From Candidatus Hodarchaeota archaeon (GTDB taxonomy: Archaea; Asgardarchaeota; Lokiarchaeia; Sigyniarchaeales; SOKP01): 64,000 bases of DNA. The stretch is taken from positions 32,388-96,387 of the forward strand of contig JBHLJY010000001.1 in assembly GCA_048887225.1 (NCBI GenBank). The letters run 5' to 3'. The notes beneath the pieces were generated by a model. That model did no database searches, had not been told where the DNA came from, and saw only the letters and a program-made list of their open reading frames with translations. Positions within the stretch are counted from its first letter, which is position 1. Every line of letters starts with the position of its first letter. Shown in pieces: positions 28,841-37,021 of the stretch. Both the position numbers and the translations under genes were made by a program.

Positions 28841-29089
28841 TTAGCCACCAGCAATTATAGGGAATAAAGCAACGATATCTCCGCTTTTAAGAACGAAGTT
28901 ACTTTCTATGTGGGGTCTTCCATTAACCATAATAATGAGGTTCCTATCATCCTTAGAAATTTTATATTTTTCCAGAATTGCTTTGATGGTACTCCCTTCC
29001 TGTAAGTCTAGGACAGTTCGATCTGGTCCATATTCCCTTAAATCAGCAAATAACTTAACTGTTACTGAGATAGCATTAGTTTTAGTCAT
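28841..29089 (-). CDS. MoaD/ThiS/SAMP-type ubiquitin-like beta-grasp protein with C-terminal Gly-Gly
   Basis: 82 aa, VTVKLFADLREYG...NGRPHIESNFVLKSGDIVALFPIIAGG*. The start overlaps the upstream ORF stop by 8 nt (ATGACTAA). Confidence 0.75.
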   Translation of the reverse strand: MTKTNAISVTVKLFADLREYGPDRTVLDLQEGSTIKAILEKYKISKDDRNLIIMVNGRPHIESNFVLKSGDIVALFPIIAGG

Positions 29090-29369
29090 TTTCTACTTTT
29101 TTAAAATACCACTTATACAACAATCCCATTCTTTTGGGGAATATTGCCACTCTATCCCCATCATTGACTTTTTTTCCAAATCCAGAAAATATTCCACTTA
29201 CAAAAATATGGCTGGTTTCTGATTCATCTATAGTGAACTTTTTAAGAATGTCAGATACCGTCTCTATATCTTCATTTTTGATCATCATTGTTATAGGAGC
29301 ACCCCCCTTAGCGATTTGATTTTTTACTTTTTCTCTTAATTCTCCAAAGAATTTGATTTCTATTGGCAT
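29082..29369 (-). CDS. Beta-grasp (Ub-Mut7C/MoaD-like) domain protein lacking C-terminal Gly-Gly
   Basis: MPIEIKFFGELREK...SHIFVSGIFSGFGKKVNDGDRVAIFPKRMG has the pattern of the ThiS/MoaD superfamily (aromatic-G-x-L-R/K-E start, NG...DGDxVxxFP end). Ends ...KKVEND. Confidence 0.6.
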   Translation of the reverse strand: MPIEIKFFGELREKVKNQIAKGGAPITMMIKNEDIETVSDILKKFTIDESETSHIFVSGIFSGFGKKVNDGDRVAIFPKRMGLLYKWYFKKVEND

Positions 29370-29410
29370 TGTTTATTAGGATGACATTTAAATGAGATTA
29401 TTTTTTTTCT

Positions 29411-29465
29411 TTATTATAATATCAATTTATCTAGTATAAATTTGTAAATAAAATCTTTTTTTTTA
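29411..29465. repeat. Duplicated leader/promoter block, copy upstream of 29082-29369
   Basis: ttattataatatcaatttatctagtataaatttgtaaataaaatcttttttttt aligns with 29986-30045. It contains the stop codon (29463-29465) of the fused Ubl gene. Confidence 0.7.
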
Positions 29466-29951
29466 AAATGTAACAATATCTCCATCTCTAAGAACGAAAT
29501 TCACATTAGAGCAAGGTTTTTCATTAACCTTGATTTTAATATTATTTTTATCCTTAGAAAATTTGTATTTTTTTAGTAATGATTTAAGAGTGCTCCCTTC
29601 AGGTATTTCTATCACTGTTTCAGCCAGTCCATATTCTCTTAAATCACCATCAAGTTGGATTTTAACTGAGATAAATTTATCTATTGCAATTTCTAAGAAC
29701 ATCAATGCCATTCGCCTCGGGAATAATCCTACTCGGTCTCCATCCCTAATCCTTCTTCCAATTTCAGAATATTTTCCATTAACAAATATATGACTTATTT
29801 CAGTCTTTTCTATGATCAGCTTTTTAAGAACATCTAATACAGTTTTAATCCCTTTATCTTCGATATTTAGTGTGATTGGAACACCTACATCGATGCTTTG
29901 TTGTTTGGCTTTTTCTTTTAAGTCTCCATATAATCTTACTTGTAGCGGCAT
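29463..29951 (-). CDS. Fused di-beta-grasp (tandem ubiquitin-like) protein, no Gly-Gly terminus
   Basis: The N-terminal domain MPLQVRLYGDLKEK...DGDRVGLFPRRMA is paralogous to 29082-29369. The C-terminal domain ISVKIQLDGDLREYG...VLRDGDIVTF* is paralogous to 28841-29089. ATG 29951 matches the paralogue's MPI/MPL start; the listed ORF begins 48 nt earlier at 29999. Confidence 0.65.
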   Translation of the reverse strand: MPLQVRLYGDLKEKAKQQSIDVGVPITLNIEDKGIKTVLDVLKKLIIEKTEISHIFVNGKYSEIGRRIRDGDRVGLFPRRMALMFLEIAIDKFISVKIQLDGDLREYGLAETVIEIPEGSTLKSLLKKYKFSKDKNNIKIKVNEKPCSNVNFVLRDGDIVTF

Positions 29952-29985
29952 TTTCTTTAAGCTTTCTAGATTTAAAGATAATCGG

Positions 29986-30045
29986 TTATTAATATCCAAT
30001 TTATCTAAGAAATTAAGTCTAAATAAAATCTTTTTTTTTAAAAAA
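29986..30045. repeat. Duplicated leader/promoter block, copy upstream of fused Ubl gene
   Basis: ttattaatatccaatttatctaagaaattaagtctaaataaaatcttttttttt aligns with 29411-29465. Confidence 0.7.
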
Positions 30046-30147
30046 TAAATTTCTATACAAATTTAAGAAAACAACATAGCAAAAAAAAAAACATAAATTT
30101 AAGATTATTTATCAACTTTTTTTAATTTATTTCAATGGGGTCTTATT

Positions 30148-31317
30148 ATGATTGATAAAACAAAAATAGCGATACAAAAGATAGATAATGATGACATAAA
30201 AACTGCGGTATTTAAAGCGCTTGAAATGATTAATGCCCAAGAATTAATGGTAAATGAAGATATGACTGTATTAATAAAACCAAATATTTTAATGGGTAAA
30301 CCACCTGAAAGAGCAGTTAATACACATCCAGAAATAGTAAAATCTGTAATTCAATGGGTAAAACAATTCAATCCTTTAAAAATTTATGTAAGTGATTCTT
30401 CGGGTGGCCAAAAATCTGGTATTACAAGAATTGCGATGCAAGAGAGTGGTATTCAGCTAGTTTGTGAGGAAGAAGGTGTAGAATGCATTCCTTTTGAAAA
30501 AACTATTACAGAAGATTATAAAGTATTAGAACCTCTTGAAATGAAAGAATTCACTAGTTCAAGATTGATTAGAGATGCCGATATTATAATTAACATACCT
30601 AAAATTAAGACACATTGGCAATGTATCCTTACATGCTGCATTAAAAATATGTTTGGAACAATATTATTAGGGAACAAAGCGAAAACTCATGGAGAATTTC
30701 CTGATTTAGACAGATTTTGTGCAGCTTTAGTTGATATTTATTCAGTTTCTAAGCCACAATTAACAGTAATTGATGGTTTCTTTTGTCAAGAAGGAAATGG
30801 TCCAACTCAAGGTGATGTTGTTAAGTTAGATTTAATTTTAGCTGGTTATGATGGTGTTGCTTTAGACACGGCTGTTTGCAAAATTATTGGTTTTGATCCC
30901 AAAAAGATATTATACTTAGCAAAAGCGGAAGAAAAGGGATTAGGAACCACACATTTAGAAGATATAGAGTTTTTAGGAGAAAAAATTGAAGATGTATCTT
31001 GCGAATTTAAACAACCAAAAAAATATAGAATTTTTAAACCAACAGTTAAATTCAATAATAATTGTAAACTATGTTATGAATGTTGGACAAACTGTCCAGC
31101 ACAAGCCATAACGCGTCCAATACTGTCTAAAAAAATAATGACTCCAAAATGGAATAAAAAACCGTGTATAACGTGTTATTGTTGTGTTGAAATATGTCCA
31201 AACGAGGCTATTGATTTTAAGATTAATTATATCAAAAATGCATTACTCGCGTTTTTATGTATTGGTTTAGTTTCGATCTTAGTTCTTTTAATATTTTTTA
31301 TAACATGGATTATTTAA
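30148..31317 (+). CDS. DUF362 domain protein fused to 2x[4Fe-4S] ferredoxin domain with C-terminal TM helix
   Basis: VLIKPNIL...HPEIVKSV...IINIPKIKTH is a DUF362-like core. CKLCYECWTNCP and CITCYCCVEICP are ferredoxin motifs. C-terminal LLAFLCIGLVSILVLLIFFITWII. Confidence 0.75.
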   Translation: MIDKTKIAIQKIDNDDIKTAVFKALEMINAQELMVNEDMTVLIKPNILMGKPPERAVNTHPEIVKSVIQWVKQFNPLKIYVSDSSGGQKSGITRIAMQESGIQLVCEEEGVECIPFEKTITEDYKVLEPLEMKEFTSSRLIRDADIIINIPKIKTHWQCILTCCIKNMFGTILLGNKAKTHGEFPDLDRFCAALVDIYSVSKPQLTVIDGFFCQEGNGPTQGDVVKLDLILAGYDGVALDTAVCKIIGFDPKKILYLAKAEEKGLGTTHLEDIEFLGEKIEDVSCEFKQPKKYRIFKPTVKFNNNCKLCYECWTNCPAQAITRPILSKKIMTPKWNKKPCITCYCCVEICPNEAIDFKINYIKNALLAFLCIGLVSILVLLIFFITWII

Positions 31318-31530
31318 TAATTACGTATGTGAGAATCTTATTTAGTTCCAAATTCAGTTTCCATTAATATCTAATATAGATTGAAATTGGATTAAAATTG
31401 ATGAAATTCACTATTTTAAACATTATCCCTAAAGGTGATGAGGGAATTTATACAAAATTTATTTCATAAAATTGAGAGGAAAAAAAAGAGGGATTAGAAG
31501 AGAGCCTAGAATAGGTATCTCATTCGATTC

Positions 31531-33267
31531 TTAACTTTCAAAAACTTTATCAAGTTCATCATTGGGTACATCGAAAACTACATTATGTGGCGGAAGTTTC
31601 TCTTGTAAAAAGAATTCCGGAAGGCGATCATGTACATCGGTCATTCCAGCTGCTTTATTAAAATTCCTTTCTGTGTCAATTATTTGCTTTCCAAATCCAG
31701 GAACATCACCTACAGTTAAACTAATTCCTAAAACACCATTTAGTGTATCTACTATGCCTTCAAGACCTTCAGCGATATCGAGGATTGCAAAGGCTACAAA
31801 AAGACAATAACCTGTTGAATCTAAGGCTGCTGTCGCTAATTGCAAATTACGAGAGACCTCAGCCTTATCAGTAGCTCTTGGGTCTAGTTGACCTCCTACA
31901 CCCAAAATTTCAGGAGCAATCGCGTATCCAGCAGTATGATCAGCACCCATAGGAGTTGTGGCATAAGTAACTCCAATACCTTTAATCGCTCTTGGGTCAT
32001 ATGCAGGAAGTCCTTGACCTTTAACTGTAGGAACTCGTGTAACTCCTAATGCTTGAGCTACAAATGATGTTCCATTTGCGAGGAGTCTCCCTGTAGGTGT
32101 TTTTTTGTGGATTTCATCCATGAGTTTCAATGCCTCCTTACCATCTCCAAAATTAGTTAATCCTCCCTCCATAGCTACACCAATTGTATCGCCCATTTCG
32201 ATAGTATCAACACCTAAATCATTACACGCTCGATTGAGTTCTCCCACATGATCCAAATCATAAATACCGCAGTTTGGACCAAGGGCCCATACACTTTCAT
32301 ATTCTAATACTCCAACAGGATCTTTTCCACCAGGTTTACACCATATTTCGGAACACTGAATTATACAACCAGGACTGCAAAAATGTGGGCGAACACCTCC
32401 TCTCTTCTTAATTTCTTCAGCCTTTGCTTCACCAGATACTTTTGCTGAATTATCATCTTGACCTGAAGAAAAATTCCGTTGTGGCAATGCTCCTGCTTCA
32501 TTTATTATATTAACTAACACACTTGTACCATATGAATTAAGTGCTCCTTCTGGTTTTGTAACGTCATGTGTATTGAGAGCCTTCGTCAGCTTTTCAATAC
32601 CTTGGTTAAAGAGGTCTTCATTTGCTATTTCTACTCCTGGTGCGTCAGTTTCATCAACAACAATAAATTTTAATCCTTTTGATGCCATTACCGCTCCAAG
32701 ACCTCCCCTACCAGCATATCTACTTGGTAGTCCTTCAGGATCATTAAAGCAGACTCCTGAAGCTGCTCCTAATAATTCCGCAGCAATTCCAACACTACAA
32801 ATACCTACTTTATCTCCAAATTGCTTAAAGAGATTTTTATATGTATCATATAATCCTTTTCCTGACCATTTATTCGCGTTAATAAATTCTGTTCCATCAA
32901 TGGTTACTTTCAGGAGATAATAATCATCTCCTACATGTTTCCCTTCAACTATAATAGCAGCAATTCGCATTCTTCCTAACATCTGAGCAAAAATTGTTCC
33001 TGCGTTAGCCTCTTTGATACCATTCGTTAATGGTGATTTGCCCCCAACTGAAATTCGTCCAGAAGTTGGTGCATCTGTTCCAGTCACTACTCCTGGGGCT
33101 AAAACAAGTTTATTATTTGGACCTAAAGGATGGCATGTTGGAGGAACCTCATCTGCTACGATAGTTGAGGTCAATGCACGACCTCCTAAAACTTGGTATT
33201 TTTCTGGTACATCTTCGTATTTGGTTTCAAGATTACTCATATTTACTCTTAATATTTTCTTTGGCAT
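31531..33267 (-). CDS. aor: Aldehyde:ferredoxin oxidoreductase (tungstopterin AOR family)
   Basis: ILRVNMSN...GGRALTSTIV...LGPNNKLVLAPGVVTG (AFOR_N). C-terminal domain motifs include the Fe-S cysteines HFCSPGCIIQC, plus GADHTAGY and EVSRNLQ. Confidence 0.9.
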   Translation of the reverse strand: MPKKILRVNMSNLETKYEDVPEKYQVLGGRALTSTIVADEVPPTCHPLGPNNKLVLAPGVVTGTDAPTSGRISVGGKSPLTNGIKEANAGTIFAQMLGRMRIAAIIVEGKHVGDDYYLLKVTIDGTEFINANKWSGKGLYDTYKNLFKQFGDKVGICSVGIAAELLGAASGVCFNDPEGLPSRYAGRGGLGAVMASKGLKFIVVDETDAPGVEIANEDLFNQGIEKLTKALNTHDVTKPEGALNSYGTSVLVNIINEAGALPQRNFSSGQDDNSAKVSGEAKAEEIKKRGGVRPHFCSPGCIIQCSEIWCKPGGKDPVGVLEYESVWALGPNCGIYDLDHVGELNRACNDLGVDTIEMGDTIGVAMEGGLTNFGDGKEALKLMDEIHKKTPTGRLLANGTSFVAQALGVTRVPTVKGQGLPAYDPRAIKGIGVTYATTPMGADHTAGYAIAPEILGVGGQLDPRATDKAEVSRNLQLATAALDSTGYCLFVAFAILDIAEGLEGIVDTLNGVLGISLTVGDVPGFGKQIIDTERNFNKAAGMTDVHDRLPEFFLQEKLPPHNVVFDVPNDELDKVFES

Positions 33268-33440
33268 AATTTCACCTTTTTATAATTTCTTTTTTTTGAC
33301 AATCTGTTGCTAATTTAAAATTAATTCTTTTTTCATATTTAATTATATCTTTGAGTAGAACTTATATCGTTATGTATGAATGTAAATAACGCTATGTATT
33401 AATTATATCTTTCAAAAATTATGGGTGCCAAAAGAAGTAC

Positions 33441-33514
33441 AGGCTCGGAGGGATTCGAACCCTCGATCTTCGGCTTAGGAGGCCGCTGCCCTATCCTAAC
33501 TAGGCCACGAGCCT
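33441..33514 (-). tRNA. tRNA-Arg (anticodon CCT)
   Basis: Minus-strand sequence AGGCTCG TG GCCT AGTTAGGATA GGGC A GCGGC CTCCTAA GCCGA AGATC GAGGG TTCGAAT CCCTC CGAGCCT. 7-bp acceptor stem, GG in the D-loop, TTCGAAT T-loop, U33 and A37 flanking CCT. No encoded CCA and no intron. Confidence 0.9.
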
Positions 33515-33539
33515 AAATTTTTGTGAAAATCAGTTTGGA

Positions 33540-33701
33540 TTAGAGGTTCAAGGTGCCCCGGTAATATGCTGCTCCACATTCACCACAAAAATATTTATTT
33601 TTTATAATAATTGCTTTTTCAAGAGGGATTTCTTTTTGGCAATTCATTACACAGCATTTCACCATTTTTTTCCCATTCTCTGTATCGTTTACTTTTGCCA
33701 T
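33540..33701 (-). CDS. Small zinc-ribbon protein (53 aa), not in ORF track
   Basis: Hand translation: MAKVNDTENGKKMVKCCVMNCQKEIPLEKAIIIKNKYFCGECGAAYYRGTLNL*. Cys pairs C-x3-C ... C-x2-C with a YFCGxxC context reminiscent of TRASH/FCS-type fingers. Lies directly upstream of, and co-directional with, the tRNA. Confidence 0.5.
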   Translation of the reverse strand: MAKVNDTENGKKMVKCCVMNCQKEIPLEKAIIIKNKYFCGECGAAYYRGTLNL

Positions 33702-33786
33702 TAAAATCGATTATATTTTTATAACCTTTAGTGGTAATAAATAGGATTTTTTTTATTTTTTAAATTCTTTATTTTTCTTTTTCAGA

Positions 33787-34191
33787 TTAGGCAGATGGAG
33801 CTGCTAATGCTAAAATTTGGCCTACAATTGCCACTTGCGAGGCTCCTTTAATTTTACCTCCCACTATTTTTCTAAGCCATTTTCCAGTACCCCAATTTGC
33901 TGCGCTTATTAGAGTTTGCATTGTAGGAAATCTCCAGTAACCCCACCAATAGAGATTTTTCCTACTTAAATTTTCTTTTGGTTCGGTTCTTATCCCTTCG
34001 ACTGTTATTTGTTCATCTTCAACTGTAATTAAAGCAGCCCATTTATTTTCTTCATTATTTAAAAGAACACGAGTGCGTATTCCTTTAATAATATCTATAC
34101 ATTCTTTCTTATCTTTAACAGAATTTATTATATTGTTTATAAACGCCGCAAAACCTCTGAGCTTTGGTTTTTTTGGTTTTTCGTTAGACAT
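33787..34191 (-). CDS. Hypothetical protein, possibly SCP2-like
   Basis: ATG at 34191 (MSNEKPKKPK...); the listed ORF starts at TTG 34236. The C-terminus LRKIVGGKIKGASQVAIVGQILAL loosely resembles the SCP2 GKLKIKG-x-MxxAxKL motif. Weak. Confidence 0.4.
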   Translation of the reverse strand: MSNEKPKKPKLRGFAAFINNIINSVKDKKECIDIIKGIRTRVLLNNEENKWAALITVEDEQITVEGIRTEPKENLSRKNLYWWGYWRFPTMQTLISAANWGTGKWLRKIVGGKIKGASQVAIVGQILALAAPSA

Positions 34192-34432
34192 GTTAATTAA
34201 TTTAAAAGAAGTGTTATTTTTAAAATTTGTATTCAATTTCTTTTATTTTAACATTTAAAGCAATTTACTTGATTTTACAATTTTCTTCTTTTTTGTTAAA
34301 TCTTTAAATTAATTACATTTTTGTATTCTTTAATAAAACTAAATCTAAATTAGATCAAAAGGTTTTAATTGCGAATTGTTTTTTAATAATTAGAATTTTT
34401 TTATTAATTTTTTTTTTTAGTGTATTTCAAAT

Positions 34433-34714
34433 ATGGAACGAAAGATTCAGCAGAAATCTCGTAGACCTATTGATTATTTAAAAGATTCGATAAATAAAGT
34501 TATTTTAATAAAGGTTAAAAGGAACCGACTGTTTAGAGGGAAATTGGAAGGATTTGATGAGCATTTAAATTTATATCTTGAGGGGACTTCCCAAATTTTT
34601 GAATATCAAGATGAAGATGGGAACATACGTGAAGAACACGAAAATTTAGGTTCAATCGTTGTGCGTGGAGATAATGTTATCTTTGTTGATCTAGCACGAA
34701 ACAACATGTTTTGA
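34433..34714 (+). CDS. Sm-like (LSm/SmAP) RNA-binding protein
   Basis: Sm1 VILIKVKRNRLFRGKLEGFDEHLNLYLEG and Sm2 LGSIVVRGDNVIFV, with a longer than usual loop between them. Confidence 0.8.
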   Translation: MERKIQQKSRRPIDYLKDSINKVILIKVKRNRLFRGKLEGFDEHLNLYLEGTSQIFEYQDEDGNIREEHENLGSIVVRGDNVIFVDLARNNMF

Positions 34715-34844
34715 GGCCCTCTCCTTAAATCATCAATATGAAAGAATCTATTTAAGTTTTTATACCTCTATTCTTTTGTTATTATTAGAGTAATAGAGTA
34801 TTAAGAAAAGTAGATAAACATATAAATAAAGTTTTATAAGAGAA

Positions 34845-36950
34845 TTGAGCTATTTACATCCCATAGAAGAGATTGTAGGGAAATCATTTTTAGTTAATCC
34901 AAACTTAGGCCATCCAATGATTCTAAGTATAGATCCTGAGCTAAAAAATGATGATTTTGAAATAAATTTGTTATATATTAGCAATATAAAAGATCCTAAA
35001 AAATTTGAGAAACACATTACCAAAAGAATAAAAATAATCCCTATTCTCGAGTATAAGTGGAAGCTGAAATTAATACTAGAAAAAATGAGAAAAGAAATCG
35101 ATTTAAAAAAAAAAGAAAAGAAGAAAAGTTTTTGGCAAAGATGGAAGGAAAGAAGGTCTTCAAAAAAAAAGAAAAAATTAAAAACTTCAGAAACAGAGAG
35201 TAAAACGCTTGAGTCTGATTTTGTTGAAATCGAACTCGAAGACGAAAGATTAAGAAGATTAAAACCACGAGCATTTCGAGGAGATCCAATAATTCCAACA
35301 ATATGGAAAGTCGAAAATGTCTCTATAACTGCGATTAATGATCTAAATTATGAGGAATATTGTAGCCCGCATGATCATTTGTTAAAACATAATATTTATG
35401 GCAATTTAGATCTTTTCTTTAGGGTAACAATTAGGTTTGATTTAACAGAAGAAGTAATAGAATTTTTAAAAAGGCGGAAATTTGTCATGTTTGATATTGT
35501 ACAAAAAATAGATAACTTTCAAAATCGAATAAATTATCATTCAATTGTTATTTCAAAACAAGATTGGGAAAATTTTACTTTCATTCATGCCACAGATTTA
35601 CATATAGCTGAGAGAAATGATAAAATATACGAAATTATTAAAAAATGGACAAAAATATTCAGTGGAGATTATCTAAATGCAATTACAAAAGAAAAAGATT
35701 TTAAAATCGAAGGATTAGAAGAAAAAGAATTACTAAAAGATGATGAAATACATAAACCTTTAAAAAAAAGATTAGTAAATCCGAATAATCAATTTAGACG
35801 GTTTATTAAATTAATGAATAGAAAGGTTCTACAGAATGAGTTAGATTTCATAGCTTTAACAGGTGATCTTATTGATTTTTCTTTATTAAGTAAATTTCCA
35901 AAAGAATTGAAAATGTTTGACTATAGCCACAGTAATTGGAAAACTTTTAAAGAAATAGTGTTAAATTTGCCTCAAAAAAAAAGAAAAGGTAATGTTAAAG
36001 GGGAAGAACTATTATGCCCCATATTTACAATTCCCGGTAATCACGATTATCGCCCTTTTCATTATGATATAAGATGGGCAGGATTTTATAGAAAAATGGG
36101 TCTAAAAGCATCCGAGGCACTTGCTTTAAACGATAAGTTGTTAGCTTTACCTGTTTCTGCGATTATAAAAAGTAAAAAATCTTTAAAAGGATATTGGTTA
36201 GAGATCAATCCTTCATTAGATTATTTTCTAAAGTTTGGAAAATCTAACTTTATTTTTTTAAACACAGGTTCAGATTCCTTTAAAAATCTTAGTGATCTCG
36301 TAACAGGTCATCCTTCATTAACAGGACTTAAAAAGAAACAAATCAGTTATTTAGAAAATTTAATTAAGAATAAAATCCAACAAGGAGATAATACTTTCCT
36401 TTTTCTTCATGGACCAGTAATTAATCCAAAAAAGAAAATGGGCATTCTTAAAAGGATCAAACATAAATTTGGGAAAAGGATTTCAACAAAAATAGATGAA
36501 TTTAGAGAATCTCTGCTTAGAAAGTTTGTAAAAAAAACCTCAAAAATCCGCATTGATAAAAAATTTAACGTGAAATATGGAACTGTTTCATCAAATTGGG
36601 AAAAACTTGTTAAATTTTGCAAAGATTATTGCGTTCTTACTATGACTGGACATACACATACTCTTAAAGAGTTTAGATTAGGAGACCCAGAACATAAAAA
36701 ATCAAAAGTATTTGATGCTCCTCCGTTTAGCTTAAAAAAAATAGAAAATCCAGCAGCAATTTTTTTTGATACATATTCAGAGGTTTTTACAAATGCAAAA
36801 GATATAGAAAAATTTGGACCATTTGTAGTTCAAACACCAGCATTAGGATTAGCTGGGTATAGGAGTCCTAGATTGGTCGGTGCATATAGAGTGATAAAAA
36901 TTAAGCATGGAAAATTATCTTCTTTCAAAGTTAAATATATCCATAGATGA
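34845..36950 (+). CDS. Calcineurin-like metallophosphoesterase with long N-terminal extension including a Lys-rich segment
   Basis: FIHATDLHIAERND, ALTGDLIDFS, IPGNHDYRP, FLFLHGP and MTGHTHT motifs in the C-terminal 460 aa. N-terminal region of about 240 aa with KKKEKKKSFWQRWKERRSSKKKKKLK. Start TTG 34845 or ATG 34917. Confidence 0.75.
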   Translation: MSYLHPIEEIVGKSFLVNPNLGHPMILSIDPELKNDDFEINLLYISNIKDPKKFEKHITKRIKIIPILEYKWKLKLILEKMRKEIDLKKKEKKKSFWQRWKERRSSKKKKKLKTSETESKTLESDFVEIELEDERLRRLKPRAFRGDPIIPTIWKVENVSITAINDLNYEEYCSPHDHLLKHNIYGNLDLFFRVTIRFDLTEEVIEFLKRRKFVMFDIVQKIDNFQNRINYHSIVISKQDWENFTFIHATDLHIAERNDKIYEIIKKWTKIFSGDYLNAITKEKDFKIEGLEEKELLKDDEIHKPLKKRLVNPNNQFRRFIKLMNRKVLQNELDFIALTGDLIDFSLLSKFPKELKMFDYSHSNWKTFKEIVLNLPQKKRKGNVKGEELLCPIFTIPGNHDYRPFHYDIRWAGFYRKMGLKASEALALNDKLLALPVSAIIKSKKSLKGYWLEINPSLDYFLKFGKSNFIFLNTGSDSFKNLSDLVTGHPSLTGLKKKQISYLENLIKNKIQQGDNTFLFLHGPVINPKKKMGILKRIKHKFGKRISTKIDEFRESLLRKFVKKTSKIRIDKKFNVKYGTVSSNWEKLVKFCKDYCVLTMTGHTHTLKEFRLGDPEHKKSKVFDAPPFSLKKIENPAAIFFDTYSEVFTNAKDIEKFGPFVVQTPALGLAGYRSPRLVGAYRVIKIKHGKLSSFKVKYIHR

Positions 36951-37021
36951 TATATGTTTATATATCTCAAATTTTACGTTTAATTTAAAATTTTAACGAA
37001 CATTATATATTTTTAGAGAAT

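Noticed and set aside
31399-31441. Possible C/D-box sRNA: tgatga at 31399-31404 and gtgatga at 31435-31441 in the DUF362-AOR spacer
   Set aside because: No CUGA D or D' boxes occur at the required spacing of about 12 nt after either box. No terminal stem was seen either.
33268-33786. tRNA-adjacent integration site or mobile element, including the 14-nt direct repeat ttaattatatcttt at 33339-33352 and 33399-33412
   Set aside because: There is no integrase, transposase or partial tRNA duplicate nearby. The repeat is short, pure A/T-rich and more likely TATA-like promoter sequence or chance.
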